Part shown: in pieces, positions 1-12,494 of the stretch
How the letters are laid out: the number at the start of each line of letters is the position of its first letter
How positions within the stretch are numbered: position 1 is the first letter of the stretch
Source: Mobula hypostoma
Taxonomy: Eukaryota
Direction: 5' to 3'
Assembly (NCBI RefSeq): GCF_963921235.1
Contig: NC_086097.1
Span: 131,256,001-131,320,000, forward strand
Length of the DNA: 64,000 bases
Made by a program: the position numbers and the translations under genes
The notes under the pieces: model-generated
What the model was told of the DNA's origin: nothing
The model's database searches: none
What the model saw: the letters and a program-made list of their open reading frames with translations, nothing else

Positions 1-250
1 GATACATCAGCGAGGCATATAAAAAAATTTCACAAATACCGACTTGCAAAATTACGGAAATTAGCCGGGTCGGAGCGGCGCAAGTGCGCATGTCAGTATA
101 TAATTATGATTATCAATAATGCATTGCGATTAATCATCGCCGCATCTGACAGACGATTGGATCCTTTCCAGAGGGGGGAGACACTTTGAGATTATTCAAA
201 TTAGAAGGAAGAGGAGAGAGAAAGGGGGGGGGGACTGGAGCTGGTAATCA
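1..250 (-). promoter_or_regulatory. Proximal promoter/5'UTR of a spalt-like (SALL-family, probably SALL1) gene; coding sequence lies off the left edge
   Basis: Minus strand has a CCAAT box (156-160), CTGTCA (147-152), ATGATTAATCGCAATGCATTATTGATAATCATAATTA, GACATGCGC and AATTTCCGTAATTTTG. This matches my recollection of vertebrate SALL1/SALL4 5' ends and was not aligned. It lies in a CpG-rich region. Paralog not certain. Confidence 0.7.
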
Positions 251-669
251 ATTAGCTGTGGCCCTCGCTACTTGCAAGGCACTCGCGAACGCTGCTTTCG
301 GCTCTTCGAGAACAGCGAGCAGAAAGGCAACCCAATTGCAGCAAACGTTGGCATAGTTTGCAGAAATTCAGCAAAGGTCTCTTCAGAATGATTGTTTGCC
401 TCTTTCTTGTTGTGCAAAGTCTTCCTCGCGACCAGAGATGCAGCCACACATACGCGCACACAACAGACACATACACACACATATACAGTATATCTCTGTG
501 GCAATATATGTGCATAAGAATTATCTGTTTATGATTAAAAGTCACTAAGATTTTGGACTGGTTTAAAAAAACTTTTCTCTGTAGTGTATGTGTGTATGCT
601 TTATATACTTGTATATATAGGTGTGTGAATGTGTGTTTGTGTGTGTGGCTGCATGTGTGTTCAGAGACA

Positions 670-710
670 GAGGCAATGAAAGGGAGCGAGAGGCCACTCT
701 TAAAGCGAGG
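670..710 (-). promoter_or_regulatory. Candidate upstream core promoter (TATA-like plus Inr)
   Basis: Minus strand TTTAAGA (704-698) sits 27 nt upstream of the A in an Inr-like TCATTG (A at 677). Confidence 0.35.
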
Positions 711-1142
711 AGGTGCGGAGTGTGTCACGTCTTCTAGTCGGTCTCCATACGCTCTGCTTACGAGGCGTCGCTGAAAGAAAGGTTGCGGGTCGAGTCCATG
801 CCTTGATGTTGCCGGGTGTCACCGAACCAAACAAAATAAATAACGTCCACCATCAAATAAAATCAACCCCGCAATACCGATTACTATAGTGTCCGTGGCG
901 AAGTTGTCCCCGGCTTCAGCGCAGCCCTTACGGTATCGTTTTGGCCCGCGGAGTTTGCAGGTTGTCGGTAGGAAGTGCCGGTGCTGGATGCAGTGAGAAA
1001 CCCTATGCGTGTCTCCCAAGCTGAGCCAACAAGTTGTTGCTTTTCCGCTTACAGCATCAGCGTGGCCAACACTGCGAAATGTCGCCACTAGGATGTACCA
1101 GATAGTTACTTAACCTAACTCTCAAACATCAGCACCGGTCGC

Positions 1143-1143
1143 C

Positions 1144-1211
<68 letters not shown>

Positions 1212-1212
1212 A
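1143..1212. repeat. (CT)n/(GA)n microsatellite
   Basis: About 70 bp of near-perfect CT repeat. Confidence 0.97.
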
Positions 1213-3329
1213 CTCGCGCCACACACATACACGCTTTATTTCCCTTTCGCCCAAACCCTATCATATACTCACAGTAGTTTTTTTTTGAAAATTATCTTGT
1301 CCTTAGACCATTTTTTTAAACAAAAAACCCTCGTTTTTATTGAAGCAACTGCAGATCCCATCCCGCCGTTTTGGGGCGATAGGGCGAGTGGTTGCTGTTT
1401 GCACGCGCCTTTTGGTGTGGACTGAGTATTTTTTGCATGTATTGACCACAAATGCCATTAAAATCCTATTATAAAGATAAACACTTGTTGATCGTTGTAT
1501 CGCTGGCGAGCATGTCGCGCGGAATGCGTGATATTACCATGCAATAAAACTTGAGCGAACTACAACGAAAGATTGTCTGTCAGTCACCTGCCTCTTTAGT
1601 AATTATCACCCAAATATGCTAGATTGAAGGAGAGAGCGGTGGCTATATTTTTGATATTTTATTGCATTTAAAATGCCTTTAAAACGCGTGGGTTATGCAT
1701 TCAAATGCTTCGTTGGACGCAAATTTCAGCCTTTCAAGTGAACATGGAAGCTAAGCTAATGAATGTTTAACCGCTTTAATAAATGCATAACACACCTTTT
1801 CTTATTTTACATTTTTTTGACTTGATAATGCAAGTTCAGGGATGAAAATATGTTTACACCGCGGCGATCGAAGTGCACACGGTGATCATCCAAGTACGGC
1901 TACATACAAAGCCAACAACCTCTGCGCGCAGCAAGGCGGAATCATTTGAATATATGTTAAATAAATTTGACCCATTCGTTAACCTGAAACACGGATCATG
2001 GTTTACCCCCACCCCGCCGTCTCCGTAAACTCTTTGGAAACTCGCACTTACAAGTCGCTGCTGAATGCGAAACGGATCTTGCACTACATGGATTTAATTA
2101 ACTCTCTAAAACCGTGATTTTTAAATTCTCGGGACTCATCGAAATGTTAAGATTGTTTTGGACAGCATCTCACTGTTAAAACTGAAATAAAACGAATTCA
2201 CAACCTAAATATAAATTTGCCCTCTGTTTGTAAAGTTTCCTAAGGTTTAGGGAATATTTAAAACAACATATTAAATTATAAACCAATCTGACACCCAGAT
2301 AGTATTATTAACAATAAATCATCGTTTTGATCATTTACTTTGTAAAATACGAATAAATGGGCTCCCTGGGGAATAGCAGAGTTGGAGATGGGGGAATCTG
2401 CGAATTCATCAGATCTTAGCGAAGTTGCATCAATAAAACTTGGAAAAGCAATCTAGTTGTTTTATTTTTTGAAGTGATTATTTCACAAATCTTGGTGTCT
2501 GCATCCTAGTAGTTTCATTAAAGCAATCATACAGAATTCGCGACTTATGTATAATTTAAGGATATCTGCAGATTTATATCTAATTTATATCGAGCGGCAA
2601 ATATTTAAAAGCGAGCCTGAAAATATGTTGTGCTTTGTGTGGCAAATGACAAATGCTTAAAAGTGAGGGAAAAATGTAATGTCTTTTTATCTTGAAACGA
2701 TACGGTCTTCAGACTTCCTTGACACGCCGGCAAATAGGTTGGCAAGGTATTAGACAGGTTAAATTGTAACTTTGTATTCTTGCACCTTACAAAGGCGACA
2801 AACTAACCGTATTTTTGATTAATTAATGGTCAGAAGCTAAATCTGAGATTCAAAAAATATGATTTATATGAAAATATATTCAAAAGTTCAAGTTAGAACA
2901 GGAATGTTAAAACTGAATACCTTGCTAAACGCGGGGCATACATTCGACTTATTTTGGCGATTTTACCGATATGAGCGCTGACATCGCAGCTTCCTAACTT
3001 TTTCGCTTGTGCACGGAAATGCCAAACAATTTCAAAATATTCAGCTAATAGCTCATCCTGATTCGGTAGAAGGGTGAATAAATTTGGGATTCTTGTGCCG
3101 ACATCCCACATTCCCACATGAAACCAGAAGTCAAATAGCGTGAAAACAAAACCTTTTTTTTGTGTGAAATGTTAGCTAAGTAAGTGACAATTAATTACAC
3201 ATCTGCTCGCGTCCCCGTTTGCACGGGGTAGATGTTAGCATACCGATATTATATATTGTTATTACACTGACAGATAATTGATAGTACACCCTGCCATTCT
3301 GTAGCAATCACCATGATATGTGTTACCAT

Positions 3330-3875
3330 CAAATGGAAATTTCAGTTTCCTCCACAACAGCCAACCCAAACAGCCTGTCAAACATCAATTGTAATCATTT
3401 TTTTTTGCTTATTTGGACCCTTTTCATGGCTCCTCTCTTCCATCTCCCTACGGACAGAATTCTTGTTGGGCTGATGCGCGTAGTCCCATCCAGAAGGTTA
3501 CTATTAGCCAACATTATAGAACCTAGCCCGGGATGAGAGAGTAAAGCCAGCTATTGATAATTGCGAGCTCCATACAGCAGCTACTGTATCGATCGGTTTT
3601 TTCCTTATTCCCCTGGTATAGGCGAGATAAGAAGACACACTATTTAGTGGAATATAATTTCTTTCGACCTATCTGCTTCGTACAGACTTATGATGAATAG
3701 CCAGAGTGGCTATAGCGCTTTATCAGGAAACTTACTCCTATTCTATGACAGCCCCTCCCCCCAAAAATTTGTCCACCATCCCATCATTGTCAATATCATT
3801 ACAAAGGCGCCAGAATAAAGATCTACTTGAGATTAAAGTGCGGCTGTATTATCTGACCAACTGATCTTTACTGGT
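3330..3875. promoter_or_regulatory. Candidate conserved non-coding element/enhancer
   Basis: High-complexity non-repeat block with clustered GATA (AGATAA, TTATCA, TTATCT), TALE (CTGTCA, TGACAG) and Sox-like (CATTGTC, ACAAAG) motifs. Conservation is inferred. Confidence 0.45.
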
Positions 3876-6829
3876 GAGGGGGCTGAAACCTGTCATTTCA
3901 ACTTTTTTTGGGCGGGTGGGGGTGGGGAAGGGGAATAAAAAGGCGCAAGAAGAGCCATTCGAATACCCGATGCAGAATGAAACAGTTATCAAAGCTATCG
4001 ATCAGCTTCTGAAACCATTTCAGCAGAGAGAGGCATTGGGCACAGAAAGAGCGACCCGGGTATACATCTGCTGGATTGCCCCTTTTGGCTTTCTTTTTTT
4101 AAATATAAATTTCCCTCTCCACTTCACTTAGATTGGAAGAGACGCCCATTCTAAACGAGTTTTGGTTTATTTTAAGTCTTCAGTAGAGAAAATAGCAAGA
4201 TCCCATGTTGAGGGTAAAAACAAGCAAGCGAGCGATTTCAACTTGCAATTGAAAGATGTGTGCATCGAAATCCCGTCCCGTGCAGCATTATTTTAATAGG
4301 AGTCGTTTTTGATCCCGTTGCAATTACTGTATTGTGATTGATCGAGAACGGGGATTGGGGGGTGGGGGGAGGGTGGAGTGGGGAACGGGATTGCAAATAC
4401 AATTCCCCATTACAGAAATTTTGGCGGAGGGGGGTTTAATTTTAATGAACACGCCAAATTATTCACTCGTGTAGGGACTTCTCTACAAGTAGTCGGTTGC
4501 CCATGTAATTCTACCGCGAGTGTACTTGTGGGCAAACTTATTTTTTAATTCCCAAGTAAAATCGTAAGATGATCCACAGCATCTCATGTGCTGCGAATTA
4601 AAAAAAACAAATTAAAAAAAGACACCCTCTCAAATAAAAAAAATGATTCCACTCTTCGGCCAACTTTTAAAAATACTGCATTTTGATGATACTTGCTCGC
4701 TGACTCTTAAGAATGCAGTTGCGATTTCAATTGTAGTTTAAAGTTCAGCAACGCGTTGTTTTTGATGCTATGCATAGTCTCCCACAATGGCAAGAAGACA
4801 ATCTTCTGACTTCCACCGCGAAACAAAGAATTTCCTTTGTATTGTGGAACTTTATATTGCTCTTAGGAATTCGCCAGTCGATGGTATACCCAAAATATCC
4901 TCCAAAAAGACTCTGAAAACAAACCGCAATTGTAAAGCAACACACCTAAACCTATAGGGGGGGAATACAAACGCAGTTATTTTTTTTTACAACTTTTCTT
5001 GTTAATAATTCTCCAAGCCAAAAGAAAAAGAGTTGCGAAAATTATTACACATTTTTGCATTAGCAGACTGCGAACATTGATTAAAATGGACATGTTAGAA
5101 TGCCTGAAGAATTACATTGATTTCAGGATATATTTGCCTCGTTTTTTCATCTACTTCCTTAGCTCCCTGTTTTGTTTTTTTAAAACCTAAGAGTCCAGGA
5201 TAACCGGGGCCACCCTAATTACGTTTGATTTCATGATGTTCGTTAGTAGAAGTGAAGCTCACAATGATATGGCTGGAACGGCGAGGACACTGTCTGTCAG
5301 CCGGCGCAATGTTCTCTAAACCGCTGTGGCAGGAGCAACGCTTCCATGTTCCGGAGCATTCCAAGTGATGCATCAAACAGGGTTCGTATGCACTAGGTAA
5401 CCGGATCTAATGTGCTAACCGTAGAAATAAAATAAGGCGATTATAAGTTGTATACGCAATTGTTACACTGATAGAAAAGTACAGTAGCCAACTGATAACA
5501 AAAACAAAAACATATGATGATTCTCTTTATCAAGAAAGGTCACATTTAGAACACACATCAATCTCCTACAATCTATTCAGTGGGCAATCCAAACGCCACT
5601 ACGATTTTAGACAGATGCATTGCAAACATATCACTTTTCTGAGTAAGATTAAAACTTTGTATAGTTGAGGTTATTTAGTAAAGGAAGTTAAAAATATTTT
5701 AAAATAATTGTAGACTGCATGGACTACATTTGTAGGCTAAAGCATTTCTATATTAATGAAGTAAAAATGACATGTGAACTATTTACATGGCACAGTACTC
5801 AGTTTAGGCATAAATTATACCTTCTCTTTCCCTGCCTCATCTACAATTTAATATCTATTCCATATTCATGAAGCAATATATACCAATATTCTCAGGTTGA
5901 TAAGAACTTAGCCATAAAATGTTTGAATTGTTTGATGACAGGTAGCTTTTCAATCATCTCTAGATATCTAAGTACTTTAGATTCAATACAGATAGTTGAA
6001 CATTTGATGGGCTTTAGTATTTTAAATTATATTGAATTGCAGGCAATTGAGAGTGATGAAAATGGGACTTGAGTTAAATAAATCTTTTTTTTGCATTTGA
6101 AAATGTACAAGTAACTTAAACCTATGCAGAAGCTGTTTGTCATCTCCAGTAGTCTCCAGACTTTTTTTTCAAAGAGTAATTGTTGATTTTGAAAACAATC
6201 AATTTAATTTTAAATATGTTATCTCTCATTGAAAATAAGTAGATGTTTGTTGCTTTGTTCTATAATGGAAAGTTATTTTAAAAGTTGAAGCAATGTGTGC
6301 TTGAATTTAAAGCATAACTGTGTGATATTTTGTTAATAAAAATTATTAAAATAGTAGCATTATTAATAACCCAACCTAATAGTCAAGTTGGCTTCTTGAT
6401 TGCTTATCTCAAACTATATGGTAGTCTACATTTGGGGATTTTGGATTGTCTGTAATTTTTGATATTTGGATGCAAGTTTACTTGAAAGACATCATGAAAG
6501 TGTCAGCTTTGCAAACATGAAATTCCAGTTTGAAGTGGATGTGAGCAACACTATAAATGTTGTGAAATTCAGGAGAAAAAAACTCACAGTGAAAGTGGTC
6601 CAAAAATAGAATGTGCATACACAATGATTTTTTTTTGGAGTTTGCTTTGGTTGACTGCTGCTGAAATCCATCAGTTGTCATTTGTTTGAATTGTTGTAAC
6701 ACCTTGGTTTGAAATGTTATTGTTTTGGTTGAAATCTAAAGAAATACTTAGCTTATAATTAATTATTTAAAGAATTTAGTAAGTTCCTTCCCTCCTTTGT
6801 ATGCACGTCTGTGTTAATGCTGAGAGAAC

Positions 6830-7215
6830 TGGCTAGCAGTGGCAAAGAGCCTGTCACAGTCAGTTGCCACACAGCAAAGTTTCACAACCATCCCTTCATT
6901 ATTTATGCATGCTGTACTTTATTACATACACCAGGTGTGAGCCTTGAACACTCCACTACACACAGGCAGTTAAAAAAAGGTCAAATGTCACTGTTGGAGC
7001 AATAACAATAAAAACCTCAAGAGCAGAGGTGTGTTGTCATGTGACAGACCACATGTTTGTCACACAAATGTTATCAAACTGTGCTCATGTTTTTAGTGAA
7101 ATGACCATTTCACCTAGCACCTTGCAATGGCGAGCCTAATTCCTTAAGCAAGACCAGGCTTCTGACAACATTACAAACAAGTTAACCTTAAAGCACCTTC
7201 CTGTCATCATTTAAC
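6830..7215. promoter_or_regulatory. Candidate enhancer with TALE (Meis/Pknox/Tgif) motif cluster
   Basis: About seven TGTCA/TGACA cores in ~360 bp, including the inverted pair TGTGACAG...TGTCACA at 7040-7064. Confidence 0.45.
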
Positions 7216-8084
7216 AGCAGTAATATTGGATTCTTCACATTGTAGTACAGGGAATAATTTCCAATTCAAAGCTAAGTAAATTAATCACTACTGTATTATA
7301 ACTAAAGACCTGCATTTGTACTTAAGGCAAATACACTAATGTAAAATTATGTAAATACCAGACCATCATTTAAATTTTATTCAACACAGTCATAGAAAAA
7401 TAATGCTAATTTTATTGACATAAAGGCAGAGCATATTCTGCTTCACCAAATAAATTGCAAGGATGCAGATTTCTGTAATTTTTCTCCTCATGTCTGATTT
7501 CTCTTAAAACTATTGAGTGACAACCCCTATTACTTTTCATCTAATAATTACTGTATGTTTTCTTATGTTTTTCCCATACAAATGCTAAGCTGAAGTACAG
7601 TTTACTTCTTAAATATACTTATGGTACACTCCATAATCTTGACTGATACTACTTTTTAAAAATTGTTGTGAAAAACCCACTATTTTTATTTTAAGAAGAT
7701 ATTTCAATTGGCGAAACTGCTGCCAAGCCAGTTTGCATCAACTCTGCAGAGTTTTGCTCTGCTTTCAAAATCCTCATTCTGAATGAATAAACTCATTCAT
7801 AATTGTTCAATTGTATTGTGATAATTTGTAATTATTTCTGTAATCCTCTTTAAATCTTCATTTTAAAGGGAGTAGACCACAAGATTGATAAAGAGGGATT
7901 TGCATGTCTTTAGATTATTCAAGTATTTTAATAATGTTAAGTGTTTGTGTTGTGCTGACATTCCCTTAATTTTACAATAAATAAGGGTTGCATGCAATAA
8001 TAGAAATGGCTTTCTAAATAGCTCAGCTATGATAAACAGTGTCGGGGTAGTACTGAAAACAAGCAGAACCTTACAGGGACAAAG

Positions 8085-8111
8085 ACACACACACACACAC
8101 ACACACACACC
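8085..8111. repeat. (CA)n microsatellite
   Basis: Direct CA repeat. Confidence 0.95.
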
Positions 8112-8440
8112 ATGAGGCAGGGGGTACAGAAATCTGAAATCCCACACCACCAGGTTCAAGAACAATCCATTCAGTTCTTGCACCAATGGGGAAATCCCTA
8201 AACACTCCAGTTTAGCAAAACTGTGGGTACTCTGCTCATTTTGCACAAAAAATGGACTTAGTTTTTCTTTCTCTCTGTTCCAATTGTGTCTTCTTGTAAA
8301 ACATTGTGTATAATTTGTGGTTAATTTTTTTTCATGTGTATGCTGCTTATGTGACGCTATGTGCCTGTGATGGTTTGGTAAGCTTGTCACGGCATCTGTG
8401 CATAGTTACTTGCGCATATGACAATAAACTCCAACTTTAA
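8111..8440 (+). mobile_element. Rex1/Babar-type LINE, 3' end fragment
   Basis: GGGGTACAGAAATCTGAAATCCCACACCACCAGGTTCAAGAAC (ORF end), followed by a 3'UTR ending CAATAAACT. Confidence 0.65.
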
Positions 8441-8924
8441 AACAGAGTCATATAAACCTATGCATGTCCAAACTGTTCTGCTTCAATGCTGTTTTAAAAT
8501 TTGAAGACATTTTAAATTTATGGAGACAGCTGAAGTGTTAAATATTAGTGGGGAACTAATGGAAATTTTATCTCTAACAAACACATTTTTTGTAATGTTT
8601 CTTTAGTTTATCAGCAATGACAAAATATGACAGTGTTGGAGATGTGTCTTTCTGGAACTGAGTGGGGAAAATCTCTGGTTGATCTTGAGAAGGGAAAGGG
8701 AAGGCTTACTGTCAAAGAAACCGGAGAGCCTTGGGCAGTACTGAGGCAACAGAATGCAAAGGAATGGGCGTGGGTTTGCAACCACTAATGCCAAGAAAGG
8801 ACAAAAATGCTCAGGACTCACATTGATATCCAGTAATCTCTATTGCATGGGTGCCCTGTGTGTTCATCATGATAAAAGAGCCTGATTGCCTTTGGTTGTG
8901 ACGTTGCCTTGGTAGTATATCTTC

Positions 8925-9890
8925 TGATCACTGCTCTACTTTCTCTACACCCATGACTGTGTGGCTAGGTATAGCCCAAATACCATCTATAAATTTGCTG
9001 GTGATACAACCATTGTTGGTAGAATCTGAGATCGAGATGAGAGGACGTACAGGACTGAGATATACCTGCTAGTGGAGTGGTGTCACAGCAACAACCTTAC
9101 ACTCAATTTCAGTAAGACAGTAGAGCTGATTGTGGACTCCAAGAAAGGTAAAGATGAGGGAATACAAACGAATCCTCAGTGAGGGATCAGAAGTGGAGAG
9201 AGTGAGCAGTTCCAGGTTTCTGGGTTTCAAGATCTCTGAGGATCTAACCTGTTCCCAACGTATTGATGCCGCTATAAAGAAGGCAATACAGCGGCTATAC
9301 TTCATTAGGAGTTTGAAGAGATTTGGTTTGTCAACTAAAACACTGGAAAATTTCTATAGATGTACTGTGGAGAGCATTCTGACAGACTGCATCACTTTCT
9401 GGTATGGGATGGGGGGGCAGGGTCTATTGTACAGGACTGAAAGAAGCTACGAAAGTTGTAAAATTAGTCAGCTCCATCTTGGGTACTAGCGACCACAGTA
9501 CCCGAGACATTTTCAAGGATCGGTGCCTCAGAAAGGCGACATCCATTGTTAACGATCCCCGTCACCCAGGGCATGTCGTCTTTTCATTGTTACTAGAAGG
9601 AAGGAGGTACAGAAACTGAAGACATACACTCAGCAATTCAGAAACAGCTTCTTCCCCTCTGCCATACAATTCCTAAATGGACATTGAACCCATGAACACT
9701 ACCTCACCTTTTTATATTATTTCTGTTTTTGCACTTTTTAATCTATTCCATATGTATATATACTTACTGTAATTGATTTATTTACTTATTCTTTCTATAT
9801 TATTATGTATTTCATTGAACTGCTGCTGTCAGGTTAAGAAATTTCACCACCACACCTGCCGGTGATAATAAACCTGATTCTGATTCTGAT
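8925..9890 (+). mobile_element. Rex1/Babar-type LINE, 5'-truncated and frameshifted RT C-terminus plus 3'UTR
   Basis: Encodes LYTHDCVA..IYKFAGDTTIVG (YADD-like) and QRLYFIRSLKRFG..FYRCTVESILT. Tail is AATAAACCTGATTCTGATTCTGAT. Confidence 0.85.
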
Positions 9891-10256
9891 ACTCTCCTAG
9901 CTGCATATACCAACAATAGTCATTAAAGTGAAGCATTAGGAGACAACCAGAGGAAGTGATTCCTTGGCCTGTTCAATATCATCAGGAGAAAAGGAGAAAC
10001 TGACAAACAAAACTCCTCAGTCTCTTGTACTTCTTCTCTGTAAAGAACCCTGATGTTTTCTTTGGTCAGCTACGCATGATCTGTTTTAAAGTATTTCCTT
10101 TCAGATCTGTTTCCAGCTTTGTAACATTGCTTTACCCTAACCCTGCATCAGCTACTCTGCTACTGAAGCCTTCATCTATGGCATTGCTACCTCTAATCTG
10201 CACAGTCTCATTCCTCTCCCACTCATTACCTATCCTTTCTTAACTCATTCAAAACC

Positions 10257-10330
10257 CTGCATCACCTCACTTGCGTTATATCCAGTTCAACACTCTGCAT
10301 CACTTCACTTGCGTCGGATCCAGTTCAACA
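10257..10330. repeat. Two-copy 38-bp-period tandem duplication
   Basis: CTGCATCACCTCACTTGCGTTATATCCAGTTCAACA followed by CTGCATCACTTCACTTGCGTCGGATCCAGTTCAACA. Confidence 0.85.
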
Positions 10331-10526
10331 ATTGTCCCGTGTTCACTGAATGTCCTGTTATCGAAATGGTTCCATTTAAATTTTCCATCTTTACTTTCAA
10401 ACCTCTCTGCAGCCTCACCACTCCCAAGCTCTGCAGACTTCTCCTGTACCACTACCTCCATCACTTTTGTAACTGCTGCACACTTTTCCCACAGCAGTTC
10501 CATGAAGTGCATGATGGCATTTTACA

Positions 10527-11000
10527 TAAAATAGTACAGCACAGTACAGGCCCTTCGGCCCACAATGTTGTGCCGACCCTCAAATCCTGCCTCCCATATA
10601 ACCCCCCCACCTTAAATTCCTCCACATGCCTGTCTAGTAGTCTCTTAAATTTCACTAGTGTATCTGCCTCCACCGCTGACTCAGGCAGTGCATTCCACGC
10701 ACCAACAACTCTCTGAGTAAAAAACCTTCCTCTAATATCCCCTTTGAACTTCCCACCCCTTACCTTAAAGCCATGTCCTCTTGTATTGAGCAGTGGTGCC
10801 CTGGGGAAGAGGCACTGGCCGTCCACTCTATCTATTCCTCTTATTATCTTGTACACCTCTATCATGTCTCCTCTCATCCTCCTCCTCTCCAAAGAGTAAA
10901 GCCCTAGCTCCCTTAATCTCTGATCATAATGCATACTCTCTAAACCAGGCAGCATCCTGGTAAATCTCCTCTGTACCCTTTCCAATGCTTCCACATCCAC
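10527..11000 (-). mobile_element. CR1 LINE 3' fragment
   Basis: ORF 10461-11000 reads LERVQRRFTRMLPGL..LYSLERRRMRGDMIEVYKI..TRGH..FFTQRVVGAWNALP, followed by the CR1 3' stem (GGGCCGAAGGGCCTGT). Confidence 0.93.
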
Positions 11001-11999
11001 ATTTTGCTACTTTAAAGGTGTGATAGAGTTGCAAGATGTAAAGTAGCAGAGAATGGTCAACACAGCAACTTTTCCTCTCAAATTGGGTATGTCTGGCACT
11101 CCAATGAAAATCTTTCAATTTAAATTTTGATATGTTTATACCGCACCAGTTACAATAAGATGGTGATTGTGTCAATTTACCAGTTTGAGATTGGCAGTTG
11201 CAGCTCATTTTTTTTTTTAGCCTTGGTGACTTGGTGGATCACTTCTGCCTGGCTGAAATGCAAAATTTTCTGCTCTAAGAGAATTCTGACCATTCTCACT
11301 CCGGTAAATAACACATTAAAATATGTTCATCAGAACCTATACAACCTCAGCAGGACTTTTGTACCCGGGATACTATGCAACAAAAGCCATATTCCGCAGT
11401 CGTTTTGTGGACTAAATCTGATGCTGCATTAAACTTGTACTTGTACTGAAGAAGAATTTCATTGAAAATGTAATCTGCACAAGGCTATTTGGTACACTGG
11501 TTTATGCTTGCTTTTTGTCGTACCTCTTCATCTAACTATTCACAATTCTCCCTTCATGCACTCATCCAGAATCCCTTAAAAAGTGTCATTGCTTTTTGCT
11601 TCAGAGTTCAACATTCTCACTAATCCCTGGGTAAAGTTCTCCTGAATTAAGAAATGTACTATGGAAGTCACCATAGCCATTTGACCCCGGTTAAGACCAT
11701 ATTTAGGCCTTTTCTTTAGAATCAGTTCAAAGCAGAAATTAATCCCGAAATGACAATAGAAATGCAACCATAATGCATCTAGTGAAAAGTTGTAACAGTT
11801 TGAAGTTACTTCTTTGTGTTTGGCTCTGTGTAGAAAAGATTCGTATCAAACCATTTCACGGTGTTGCAAAGTTGGCTGTGTAACTCTTTGCAATCTTAAA
11901 TTAAGACCTTCTTTTGGTTTTTTGAAAAAAAAACACGTAACTTTTTCAGTGTAAGTTGAATTTATTCATGGGGTGTGAGTGTTAACAATTGTACAGTCT

Positions 12000-12266
12000 T
12001 AATTGCCCCTGAAATGCATCACTCGCAGGGTAAATCACATTGCTGTGGATTCACATGTACAGTAGATCAGACCAGCAGATCGACCAAGGTGATGAGCAAT
12101 CCAAAAGTGATTTTATCAGTGTGCTGGTTTTATTTCAACATCACTAAAACTCTCTTTTAAGTTCCAGAATTTAAATTCATAAACTAAAGTTAAACTTCCA
12201 CGTTGGCTGTGGTGGGATTTGAAATCAGATGAATAGTCTATTAAGACTCAGTAACGTAACCATACT
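12000..12266 (-). mobile_element. Degenerate tRNA-derived elasmobranch SINE
   Basis: Minus strand B-box-like TTCAAATCCCACCACAGC and tail ACATGTGAATCCACAGCAATGTG. Related to the copy at 31505-31770. Confidence 0.55.
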
Positions 12267-12494
12267 CTGTATGATAAAGTGAATTATCTTAAGCATTGCT
12301 CTGTATGTTGCTGTGATTGATCCAGAGTAAACGTCTGCAATTTTCAGGACTCCCACACTGTTGCAGACACCTTGATCTTTCTGGCTGGATTCTATTGATG
12401 ATTCTCCAGCTGTTGCCGCTGCTGTTTCCTACGCAATAGCTCAGCTGTTTGTGACAGCAAACCCCGATCAAGAAACGGCTGCGTATTTAATAAT

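Larger units (their letters stand above)
1..5450. promoter_or_regulatory. Extended CpG-rich (probably unmethylated) domain typical of a developmental regulator promoter
   Basis: CG dinucleotides are visibly frequent up to ~5.4 kb, even in AT-rich sequence, then fall sharply. No recognisable transposon inside. Confidence 0.75.

Noticed and set aside
252..774. ORFs of 158, 78 and 73 aa near the promoter
   Set aside because: Driven by CA/TG low-complexity tracts (HTHT, VCVC); no domain or splice structure.
755..785. Minus-strand TTTCTTTCAG-9 nt-GTAAGC, a possible micro-exon
   Set aside because: It lies upstream of the putative TSS with no partner exons; such motifs arise by chance.
10257..10330. 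Short direct repeats as a possible CRISPR-like array
   Set aside because: Only two adjacent units with no spacers, in a vertebrate context.
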